Shown: positions 18,296 to 25,880 of the stretch, in pieces
Layout of the letters: every line of letters starts with the position of its first letter
Position numbering within the stretch: position 1 is the stretch's first letter
Assembly (NCBI GenBank): GCA_964471115.1
Contig: CAYYFE010000006.1
Span: 16,370 to 80,369 of the forward strand
Reading direction: 5' to 3'
Length of the DNA stretch: 64,000 bases
Origin: an uncultured Solibacteraceae bacterium
GTDB taxonomy: Bacteria; Acidobacteriota; Vicinamibacteria; Vicinamibacterales; SCN-69-37
Translations under genes and position numbers: made by a program
Notes under the pieces: generated by a model
What the model was told of the DNA's origin: nothing
Seen by the model: the letters and a program-made list of their open reading frames with translations, nothing else
Database searches by the model: none

Positions 18296-19809
18296 GGGCA
18301 CGCGCTGCCGTCTCCATCGTCCTGCTGCTCGCCGCCTGCGCCGCGCCCCCGCCCCGGCCTGCCGACGTCATCGTGATCGGCATGGCGAACAGCCCGACGA
18401 ACTTCGACCCGGCGGTCGGGCTCGACGAGGCGTCGCAGAAGATCCATCAACTGCTGTACGACCCGTTGCTGCGCATCGACGACCAGTTGCGTGTGTCCCC
18501 CGCACTCGCCACCTCCCTGGAATGGCCCGACCCGACGACCTACGTCGTGACCATCCCGTCAGGCGTGCGCTTCCATGACGGACGCGCGCTGACCGTGCGG
18601 GACGTCGCCTACACGTTCCGGCGGTTCCTCGACCCGGCGTTTGCCTCCGGCCGAAAGGGCGCGTATCGCGCGCTGCGCGCGGTGGACATTCTTGACGAAC
18701 ACCGCGTGGCGTTCCGGCTGTCGGAGCCCTCCGCGTCCTTCCCCATCAACCTCGTGATGGGCATCGTCCCCGAGGGCACCGGCCCCGAGGCCGCGCGCGC
18801 GCCGATTGGCAGCGGCCCGTACCGGCTGCAGTCGTTCGTGCCCGATGAAAGCACCACGTTGGCGCCGTTTGCCGAGTACCATCGCGGCGCTCCGAAGAAC
18901 CAGGGACTGGTGCTGCGGGTGATCCCCGACGAGACGATGCGGGGGCTTGAACTGCGCAAAGGGTCGATCGACCTCGTGGTGAACGACCTGTCGCCGGACC
19001 TGGTGGCGGGTCTGCGCGAGTCGGACGACCTGCAGGTGGCCACGGGGCCGGGCACCGACTACGCCTATCTCGGGTTCAACCTGCGTGACCCCGTCCTGCA
19101 GAATCGCGCGCTCCGCCAGGCCATTGGGTTCGCCATCGACACCGGCGCCATCGTTGACCACCTGCGGCAGGGACTGGCCGAACGCGCGACCAGCATCGTG
19201 CCGCCGATGTCGTGGGCGCACAACGCCTCGACGTTCCGTTTCGATCGGGACGTGACACGGGCGCGGCAGCTCCTCGATGAGGCCGGGTATCCCGACCCGG
19301 ACGGTGACGGACCGGCGCCCCGGCTGCGCCTCTCGCTCAAGACCTCAACCGCCGAGGCCTACCGGCTGCAGGCCGCCGTGATCCAGCAGCAGCTGGCCGA
19401 GGTCGGGATCGCACTCGAGCTGCGATCGTACGAATTCGCCACGCTGTTTGCGGACGTCATCCGCGGCAACGTGCAGCTCTACACGCTGCAGTGGGTCGGC
19501 GTCACCGACCCGGACATGCTGCGGCGCGCCTTTCATTCCTCTCAGGTGCCGCCCGCCGGATTCAACCGCGGGTATTACCGGAACGCCGACGTCGACCGCC
19601 TGATCGACGCCGCCACCTCCGCGCTCGACGAGGCCGAGCGCAAGCGGCTGTATGGCGAGGCGCAGGAGCTGATTGCGCAGGACGCGCCGTACATCAGCCT
19701 CTGGTACAAAACCAACGTCGCGGTCGGCCGGCGGCAGCTTGACGGTATTTTCCTGTCGCCGACCGCCGAGTTCACCTTTCTGCAGTTCGTCTCGCCCCGG
19801 AGTGAGTAA
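18292..19809 (+). CDS. ABC transporter substrate-binding lipoprotein, family 5 (peptide/nickel type), orphan
   Basis: Lipobox LLLAAC. SBP_bac_5-like VRFHDGRALTVRDVAYTF, YRL.SFVPDE, LWY. ATGA overlap with the mutS stop. No permease or ATPase genes nearby. Confidence 0.75.
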   Translation: MRARAAVSIVLLLAACAAPPPRPADVIVIGMANSPTNFDPAVGLDEASQKIHQLLYDPLLRIDDQLRVSPALATSLEWPDPTTYVVTIPSGVRFHDGRALTVRDVAYTFRRFLDPAFASGRKGAYRALRAVDILDEHRVAFRLSEPSASFPINLVMGIVPEGTGPEAARAPIGSGPYRLQSFVPDESTTLAPFAEYHRGAPKNQGLVLRVIPDETMRGLELRKGSIDLVVNDLSPDLVAGLRESDDLQVATGPGTDYAYLGFNLRDPVLQNRALRQAIGFAIDTGAIVDHLRQGLAERATSIVPPMSWAHNASTFRFDRDVTRARQLLDEAGYPDPDGDGPAPRLRLSLKTSTAEAYRLQAAVIQQQLAEVGIALELRSYEFATLFADVIRGNVQLYTLQWVGVTDPDMLRRAFHSSQVPPAGFNRGYYRNADVDRLIDAATSALDEAERKRLYGEAQELIAQDAPYISLWYKTNVAVGRRQLDGIFLSPTAEFTFLQFVSPRSE

Positions 19810-20693
19810 TGCCCAGACCTGAATACGATCACGCGCCCGCCTTGTCGTTTCTCGGCGCGCTGCCCGAAGCCAAGTCCTACGAGGAGTCGGCCGCCGTCAT
19901 CCTGCCGTGCCCGTTCGAGAAGACCGTGTCGTACATGCCGGGCACACGGTTCGGTCCTCGGGAAATCCTGCTCGCCTCAGCGCAGGTGGAGCTCTGGGAC
20001 GAAGAGATGGGCGCCGACGTGCATCCCAAAGGCATTTACACCCTGCCGGAGATGGATCTCACCCACCACACCATGCCCGAGGCCGTCGCCGCCATTCGCG
20101 ACGCGGCCGGCGCCGTGATGGACGATGGGAAGTTTCTGGTGACGCTGGGCGGCGAACACTCGATTACGCCGCCGCTTGTGGCGGCCGCCGCCGCGCGCCA
20201 CCCGAACCTGACGGTGCTGCAGATCGATGCGCACGCGGACCTGCGGGACGGCTACCAGGGCGAACCCAACAGCCATGCCGCCGCCATGCGCCGGTCGCTC
20301 GACCACGCGCCGCGCCTCGTCTCGGTGGGCATTCGCAACATCTCGCAGGAAGAGGTCGAGGCGCTGCCCGGCCTGAACGCCACGATCTTCTACGACTGGA
20401 ACATGCGCGACGACCCGCACTGGATGGACCGCGTGCTGGAGGCGGTGACGGGGCCCGTGTATCTGACGATTGATCTCGACGGCCTGGAGCCCGGCCTGAT
20501 CCCCGCGACCGGCACGCCCGAGGCGGGGGGCCTGTCGTGGCGCGAGACCACACGACTGGTCAGACGCGTCTTCGAAGAGCGTCAGGTTGTGGCCGCCGAC
20601 GTGGTGGAACTGTGCCCGATCCCCGGGCACTGGTCATCGAACTTCGTCGCTGCCCGGCTGGTCTACAAGCTGCTGACCTATCACCTGGCCTGA
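19809..20693 (+). CDS. speB: agmatinase / ureohydrolase family protein
   Basis: Mn-binding motifs GGEHSIT, QIDAHADLRD, TIDLDGLEP. TAATG overlap with the upstream stop. Confidence 0.8.
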   Translation: MPRPEYDHAPALSFLGALPEAKSYEESAAVILPCPFEKTVSYMPGTRFGPREILLASAQVELWDEEMGADVHPKGIYTLPEMDLTHHTMPEAVAAIRDAAGAVMDDGKFLVTLGGEHSITPPLVAAAAARHPNLTVLQIDAHADLRDGYQGEPNSHAAAMRRSLDHAPRLVSVGIRNISQEEVEALPGLNATIFYDWNMRDDPHWMDRVLEAVTGPVYLTIDLDGLEPGLIPATGTPEAGGLSWRETTRLVRRVFEERQVVAADVVELCPIPGHWSSNFVAARLVYKLLTYHLA

Positions 20694-20800
20694 CCCGAAG
20701 AGCATTCACAGGAGACACGGAGGGCTGGGAGGAAATGCCAGCAGGTGTTCGCACGCTCAGGGGTTGGGGCCAGGCATCGCCTGGCCGACAACGCGAAGAA

Positions 20801-20860
20801 GGGCGTCTCGGACGAACAAGCGATTGAGTGCACCGCGTGCTCGTCCGGGACGCCCTTTTT
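20801..20860. terminator. bidirectional intrinsic terminator between convergent operons
   Basis: 15-bp stem gggcgtctcggacga / tcgtccgggacgccc (one G-U) with a 25-nt loop. TTTTT follows on the plus strand and TTCTTCGCGT on the minus strand. Confidence 0.65.
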
Positions 20861-20943
20861 CGCGTGTTCGCCGCCGAAGGCGGCACCAACCCCTGAGTCT
20901 GCGGGCCTCCAGTGCCTCCAGTCCTCGTTGTGAATTTCCGCTC

Positions 20944-21666
20944 TTATCCGAGTTTGACCAGCTCGGTCCGCGCCTGCGGCACGAAGAGCGAGTCGGGGAA
21001 CTCGTCGACCACGCGCTTGAACGCGGTTTTGGCTTCGCCGCTCTTGCCGGCCTTCTGATAGGCCTTGGCCAGCTGCATCAGCACGCCGTCGACCGGCAGC
21101 ACGCCGTCACGATCGGCCGACAGTTCCTCGAGCACCTGGATGCCGCGATCGAACTGCCCGCTGGCGATGGCCGCTTCGGCCAGGCCGAGTTTGGCCGTGG
21201 CCCGGAACAAGGGACTGTCGGTCGCCGCGATGGCCGCTTCGAATCCGGTGATGGCCTCGGCGTACTTCCCGGTGGCGGCCAGCGACGCCGCGTGGTGATA
21301 CCGCGCGGCCACACCCGCCGTGGTCGACGGATACTGATCGACCACCTGCTGGAACGCCGCCAGGGCCGCGTCGGTCCGGGCCTGCTCGGTGGGATACGTC
21401 CCGGCCTGCTGCTGCGCGCCGGGCACGGTCGGAGCCGGAACGATCGGGGCGTCGTAAATCTGCATGGCCGCCGACAGCAGGGCGTCGGCCTTGGCCGCCG
21501 TCCGCCCGCTCCACCACGACCACGCACTGGCGATCACCACCACGGCCACGATGCCGACGATGCCGAAGACGATCTGATTCTTGTAGGTGCCAAACGCCTC
21601 GGTCGCCTTGGCGACCTGGATGGCAAACTCGTTCTGCTTCAGCTTATGGCGCTGCTCTGACTTCAT
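20944..21666 (-). CDS. TPR-like membrane-anchored protein, YfgM-like
   Basis: Short cytoplasmic N-terminus, one TM helix (IVFGIVGIVAVVVIASAWSWW), then a helical TPR-like domain. This is the YfgM/UPF0070 architecture. Confidence 0.5.
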   Translation of the reverse strand: MKSEQRHKLKQNEFAIQVAKATEAFGTYKNQIVFGIVGIVAVVVIASAWSWWSGRTAAKADALLSAAMQIYDAPIVPAPTVPGAQQQAGTYPTEQARTDAALAAFQQVVDQYPSTTAGVAARYHHAASLAATGKYAEAITGFEAAIAATDSPLFRATAKLGLAEAAIASGQFDRGIQVLEELSADRDGVLPVDGVLMQLAKAYQKAGKSGEAKTAFKRVVDEFPDSLFVPQARTELVKLG

Positions 21667-21687
21667 AACCCTGCGAGTTTATCGCAA

Positions 21688-21807
21688 GTGGCGGCGGGTG
21701 GCGGCAAGTCGCGGCGAGTGGCGGCAAGTGGCGGCGGGTGGTGGTAAGTCGCGGCGGGTGGCGGCAAGTCGCGGCAAGTGGCGGCGGGTGGCGGCAGGTG
21801 GTGGCGA
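21688..21807. repeat. 12 tandem copies of a 10-bp unit GTSGYGGYRR
   Basis: Read directly: gtggcggcgg gtggcggcaa gtcgcggcga gtggcggcaa gtggcggcgg gtggtggtaa gtcgcggcgg gtggcggcaa gtcgcggcaa gtggcggcgg gtggcggcag gtggtggcga. Confidence 0.95.
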
Positions 21808-21810
21808 GTA

Positions 21811-21887
21811 TGGTGCGCCCGGACCGATTTGAACGGTCGACCCCCGCCTTAGGAGGGCGGTGCTCTATCCAGCTGAGCTACGGGCGC
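21811..21887 (-). tRNA. tRNA-Arg (anticodon CCU), CCA encoded
   Basis: Manual cloverleaf: GCGCCCG/CGGGCGC acceptor, GCUC/GAGC D stem, CCGCC-CUCCUAA-GGCGG anticodon arm, GACCG-UUCAAAU-CGGUC T arm, then A-CCA. Confidence 0.93.
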
Positions 21888-21896
21888 TTCCGACGC

Positions 21897-21966
21897 TGGG
21901 CGACTGGCGGCTGCCGGCCGCTACTTGCGGCCACTCGCCGCGACTTGCCGCCACTCGCCGCGACTC
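21897..21966. repeat. about 7 tandem copies of the reverse complement of the 10-bp unit (inverted partner array)
   Basis: ..ctacttgcgg ccactcgccg cgacttgccg ccactcgccg cgactc. Positions 21943-21965 are a perfect 23-nt complement of 21707-21729. Confidence 0.9.
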
Positions 21967-22482
21967 TCAGTACGCTAGCACCGCATTGACCCGTTCGTGC
22001 GCCAGTTTGGCGCGGCCGCCCAGGGCCAGCAGTTCAATCAGGAACTGGACGCCGACGACATCGGCCCCGAGGCCGCGGACCAGCCCGACGGTTGCCGAGG
22101 CCGTGCCGCCCGTTGCCAGCAGGTCATCCACCACGAGCACCCGCTGGCCCTTGGCGATGGCGTCCTCGTGAATCTCGAGCGCGTCCGAGCCGTACTCCAG
22201 GTCGTAGCTGGCGCGCACCGTGGTGTGCGGCAACTTCCCCATCTTGCGCACCGGCGCGAAGCCCGCGCCGAGGCGGTCGGCCACGGCGGCGCCGAAGATG
22301 AACCCGCGGCTTTCGATGCCCACCACCAGATCCACGGGCTGGCCGACGTAGGGCGCCGCCATCGCGGTGACCGCCTCGCGGAAACCACCGGGGTCCTTCA
22401 TCAGCGTGGTGATGTCGTAGAACAGAATGCCGGGCTTCGGAAAGTCCGGCACGTGGCGGATGTGCGTCTTGAGGGAATCCAT
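21967..22482 (-). CDS. apt: adenine phosphoribosyltransferase
   Basis: HIRHVPDFPKPGILFYDIT, GIESRGFIFG, PRPP motif VLVVDDLLATGGTA. Confidence 0.93.
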   Translation of the reverse strand: MDSLKTHIRHVPDFPKPGILFYDITTLMKDPGGFREAVTAMAAPYVGQPVDLVVGIESRGFIFGAAVADRLGAGFAPVRKMGKLPHTTVRASYDLEYGSDALEIHEDAIAKGQRVLVVDDLLATGGTASATVGLVRGLGADVVGVQFLIELLALGGRAKLAHERVNAVLAY

Positions 22483-22486
22483 GAAC

Positions 22487-22575
22487 GGTCCAGGGTCCAG
22501 GGTCCGGGGCCCAGGGTCCAGGGCCCAGGGTCTTAAGTGATCCCTGAGCCCTGAGCCCTGTGCCCTGTGCCCTGA
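22487..22575. repeat. inverted arrays of a 7-bp unit (CAGGGYC x6 / GCCCTGW x5) forming a periodic ~30-bp hairpin
   Basis: cagggtc cagggtc cggggcc cagggtc cagggcc cagggtc - ttaagtga - tccctga gccctga gccctgt gccctgt gccctga. Hand pairing gives five 5-6-bp helices separated by single mismatches. Confidence 0.9.
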
Positions 22576-22579
22576 TCGA

Positions 22580-25500
22580 TTACTTGACCACCACCGCCGT
22601 CAGCTTCGCGCTGGTGGCGATCTTGTTGTAGGCCGCGACGTCGGGGCCCAACAACTGGGTGATCGTCGTGAACAGCGCCTTGGTCTGCGGCTGCAGGTCG
22701 TTGTAGCGCTCGATGACCGACCGCATCGGCCACCGCTCGGCGCCCGAGGCCGTGGAATACAGCGCCGCCCACTGGTTGTCGAGGCGGCCCGGGTAGTTCA
22801 GGCCATCCTGCCCACCTTCACCCTGCACCTGCGTCAGTTCGCTCTCGGCGGCGAAGATGCGATCGTGCAGCGCCTGCGCGGCCTTGCCCGCCGCGCTGGT
22901 CGCGCCGGCCGTCTTGATGTGTTCCTGCAGCTGACGCTTCACGTCGCGCATGCGGGCCAGCTCATCCCACAGCCGCTTGGTCGTCGCGCCGATGTCGACG
23001 GTCATCTTGAACTGCTCGTCGTACTGCGCCGCGGTGGCCGCCGGCCAGCGCGGATCAGGCAGCAGGTTGAACGTCTCGGTGGCCTCCCACGAGCCGGAGG
23101 AGACCTTCACGCTGTAACGGCCCGGTCGCAGCTTCGGCCCCTGGCCGCCGCCGATGCCCCAGCCGACGATGCCCTGCGGCACCTGGTACGGCGACGGCAG
23201 ACGCGGGTTCCACGTCATGGAGTTCATGCCCTGGTAGCCGGTGACACCGCCCCCGCCCCCGCCGGGGAATCCGCCGCGACCGCCGCGGCCGGGCCCGCCG
23301 CCTCCGCGCGCTGCGCCACCCCCACCGGGACCGCCGCGACCACCACGCGCCGCGCCGGGAGCCGGCGGCAGCGGGCGATCGCCCGGCTCACCGCTGGCCG
23401 TGTAGACCACCGCACCGGAGGCGTCCGAAATCTGCACCTGGACGGCGGCCGTCGGCTTGTCCTTGAACCAGTACTGGATCGACGGCAGTCGGCCGCCCGC
23501 GCGGAAACCGTCCTCGGGCTTGAAGAGGATCGCGGCCGGCGTCGTCGCCTGCGGCACCATCGACTGCAGCGGCGACAGATTGTCCATGATCCAGTAGCCG
23601 CGGCCCTGCGTGGCCACGACCAGATCGTTGCGGAACACCTGCAGGTCGGTGATCGGCGTGCGCGGCAGGTTGTTCTGGAACGACTGCCACGAGCGGCCGT
23701 CGTTGAACGAGATGTACATCCCGAACTCGGTGCCGGCGTACAGCAGGCCCTTCTTCTTCGGGTCTTCCTGAATGGCGCGCGTGAAGTGGCCGGCCGGAAT
23801 GCCGTTGGTGCCGTCCGCGATGCGCGTCCACGACTTGCCGTAATCATCGGTCCGCCAGATGTACGGCGTGAAGTCGCCCACGCGATACCGGTGCATCACC
23901 ACGAAGGCGCGGCCGGGATCGTGATCGGACGGGTCAATCGTGTTGATCGTGCCTTCCGGCCAGTCCGCCGGCGTCACGTTCGTCCACGTCTTGCCGTTGT
24001 CGCGCGACACATGCACCAGGCCATCGTCGCTGCCCGCCCAGAACAGGCCCGGGGTCGTCGGCGATTCCTCGAACGCGAAGATGGTCGCGTAGACCTCGAC
24101 GCCCGTGTTGTCGCGAGTGATGCCCTCGCCGCCCGAGTACTGCTGGCGGCGTTTGTCGTTGCGCGTGAGATCCGGGCTGATGACGTCCCAGTTCGCGCCG
24201 TGATCGGTCGTCCGGTGCACCACCTGCGACGTCGTGTAGACGACATCCGGGTTGTGCCAGGAGATCCGGATCGGCGCGTTCCACTGGAAGCGGTACTTCA
24301 TGTCCGCGGCGCGCTGGCCGGTCTGCGAGTCGGCGTAGACCCGCACGTTCTCCGACAGGCCCTTGTTGCGGTCGATGCGGTTGATCGTGCCGCCGTAGTT
24401 GCCGGCGTAGCTGACGTTCGCATCACGCGGGTCGACGGCCACGTGGCCGCTTTCGCCGCCGCCCATCGACGGAATGAAGTCCGTGTTGGCGCTCGAGACC
24501 CCCGACGTGTTGTTGTCCTGCTGGCCGCCGTACACGTAGTACGGATAGCGGTTGTCCACCGACGCGCGATACATCTCGGAGGTCGGCTGGTTGTCCTGGC
24601 CGCTCCAGCCCTGGCCGGTGGTCACCGCGGCGCCGCCGTCATTGGCCACCACCTTCAGCGCGTTGTTGGTCGGGTTGATCCACAGGTCGTGGTAGTCGCT
24701 GTGCGACTGGATGCCGGCCGAGCCGAACGTCATGCCGCCGTCGGTCGACCGGAACGCGCCGACGTTGAGGGCGTAGACGGTGTCGACCTCCACCGGGTCC
24801 GCGTGAATGTGCGTGTAGTACCAGGCGCGCTGCTGCAGCGCGCGGCCGGTGAACCCGCGCGTCCACGTCAGGCCCCCGTCCTTCGAAATGTAGACGCCGC
24901 CCTGGTTGTCGGCCGCTTCCACCTGCGCGTAGACGCGGTTGGAATCCGCGCCCGAGATCGACACGCCGATGCGGCCGACCATCACCTTGTCGGGCAGGCC
25001 GCCGCCGAGCTTCGTCCAGGTGGTGCCGCCGTCGGTCGACCGGAACAGGCCGCCTTCGGTCGACCCCGACTCGATCGTCCACGGCTTGCGCTCGGTCGTC
25101 CACATCGCGGCAATCAGGATGTCCGGGTTCTTCGGATCCATCGCCAGGTCCACGGCGCCGGTGCGGTTGCTGATGAAGTGCACCCGCTGCCACGTGGCGC
25201 CGCCGTCGCGCGTGCGATACACGCCGCGTTCGTCGCTGGGCGCGAACATGTTGCCGAGCACCGCGACATAGGCGACGTTCGGGTTGGTCGGATGGATGCG
25301 CACGCGGCCAATCGTGCCCGAGCCGCGCAGGCCCACGTGTGACCACGTCTTGCCGGCGTCGGTCGACTTGTACATGCCCACGCCCGGCGACACGTTGCCG
25401 CGCGGACAGGCCGACCCGGTGCCGACATAGATCACGTTGGGATCGGACAGCGCCACGTCGATGGCGCCCACCGAACCGGCTTCAAAAAATCCGTCCGAGA

Positions 25501-25792
25501 GGTTCTCCCACGACTCGCCCGAATTGGTCGTGCGCCACACGCCGCCGCCGGTGTAGCCGGCATAAAACGTCTGCGGGCTCGACGGCACACCCACGACCGC
25601 CGTCGACCGGCCGCCGCGGCTGAACACCGACAGGTGTCGATACTGCATGCTCGACAGCACCGCCGGATCCACCAGCCCCTGCTGCCCGGCCTGCTCGGCC
25701 GTTTCCGCGGCCAGTCGCGGCATCGCCGCCACTGCGCCACCCACGACGACGGCGGCTGCCAGAACGGCGCCCGTACGCCAACGCTTCATCAT
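22580..25792 (-). CDS. secreted sortilin/VPS10-like BNR-repeat beta-propeller protein (often annotated as glycosyl hydrolase)
   Basis: Repeated S.D.G.TW BNR motifs (TNSGESW, STDAGKTW, TRDGGATW, STDGGTTW, SKDGGLTW, STDGGMTF, TTDHGANW, SRDNGKTW, TDDYGKSW, FNDGRSW). GGAGGA SD lies 8 nt before ATG 25792. The track start at 25801 abuts the SD. Confidence 0.75.
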   Translation of the reverse strand: MMKRWRTGAVLAAAVVVGGAVAAMPRLAAETAEQAGQQGLVDPAVLSSMQYRHLSVFSRGGRSTAVVGVPSSPQTFYAGYTGGGVWRTTNSGESWENLSDGFFEAGSVGAIDVALSDPNVIYVGTGSACPRGNVSPGVGMYKSTDAGKTWSHVGLRGSGTIGRVRIHPTNPNVAYVAVLGNMFAPSDERGVYRTRDGGATWQRVHFISNRTGAVDLAMDPKNPDILIAAMWTTERKPWTIESGSTEGGLFRSTDGGTTWTKLGGGLPDKVMVGRIGVSISGADSNRVYAQVEAADNQGGVYISKDGGLTWTRGFTGRALQQRAWYYTHIHADPVEVDTVYALNVGAFRSTDGGMTFGSAGIQSHSDYHDLWINPTNNALKVVANDGGAAVTTGQGWSGQDNQPTSEMYRASVDNRYPYYVYGGQQDNNTSGVSSANTDFIPSMGGGESGHVAVDPRDANVSYAGNYGGTINRIDRNKGLSENVRVYADSQTGQRAADMKYRFQWNAPIRISWHNPDVVYTTSQVVHRTTDHGANWDVISPDLTRNDKRRQQYSGGEGITRDNTGVEVYATIFAFEESPTTPGLFWAGSDDGLVHVSRDNGKTWTNVTPADWPEGTINTIDPSDHDPGRAFVVMHRYRVGDFTPYIWRTDDYGKSWTRIADGTNGIPAGHFTRAIQEDPKKKGLLYAGTEFGMYISFNDGRSWQSFQNNLPRTPITDLQVFRNDLVVATQGRGYWIMDNLSPLQSMVPQATTPAAILFKPEDGFRAGGRLPSIQYWFKDKPTAAVQVQISDASGAVVYTASGEPGDRPLPPAPGAARGGRGGPGGGGAARGGGGPGRGGRGGFPGGGGGGVTGYQGMNSMTWNPRLPSPYQVPQGIVGWGIGGGQGPKLRPGRYSVKVSSGSWEATETFNLLPDPRWPAATAAQYDEQFKMTVDIGATTKRLWDELARMRDVKRQLQEHIKTAGATSAAGKAAQALHDRIFAAESELTQVQGEGGQDGLNYPGRLDNQWAALYSTASGAERWPMRSVIERYNDLQPQTKALFTTITQLLGPDVAAYNKIATSAKLTAVVVK

Positions 25793-25868
25793 GATGACCA
25801 TCCTCCTTGCACGATTCAGCCCGCCGGCTCACCCGAGAACCTGCGTAACCGCACGAAGGGTAGCACGG

Positions 25869-25874
25869 TAAGCT
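25869..25874 (+). promoter_or_regulatory. -10-like TAAGCT 6 nt before the ATG (putative leaderless start)
   Basis: ggTAAGCTtgacgcATG read directly. Confidence 0.35.
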
Positions 25875-25880
25875 TGACGC

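Noticed and set aside
20745-20933. 62-aa ORF with four Cys (ECTAC..FFAC..LQC), considered as a small zinc-binding protein or RiPP precursor.
   Set aside because: It has a GTG start without an SD or -10 box. It runs straight through the terminator hairpin and T-tract, and no maturation genes are nearby. GC3 is high, but that is expected in any frame here. It is kept only as a remark under the structured-spacer finding.
20930-20945. DnaA-box-like ttatccgag near the YfgM-like gene stop, considered together with the proximity of dnaE as a hint of an origin.
   Set aside because: It is a single imperfect box, with no cluster, no AT-rich unwinding element and no dnaA or dnaN nearby.
21811-21887. 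Genomic island or prophage integration at the tRNA-Arg and tRNA-Pro genes.
   Set aside because: There is no integrase, no duplicated tRNA 3' end, and the flanking genes are core housekeeping genes with uniform composition.
21688-21966. Possible CRISPR array, or a coding repeat (track ORFs 21587-21832 and 21738-21989).
   Set aside because: The units are only 10 bp with no spacers, so this is not a CRISPR. The period is not a multiple of 3 and the ORFs run through a tRNA gene, so it is not coding.
25802-25880. Cobalamin or other riboswitch upstream of the TonB-dependent receptor.
   Set aside because: Only 79 nt are available, there is no B12-box-like sequence, and a -10 box lies 6 nt from the ATG.
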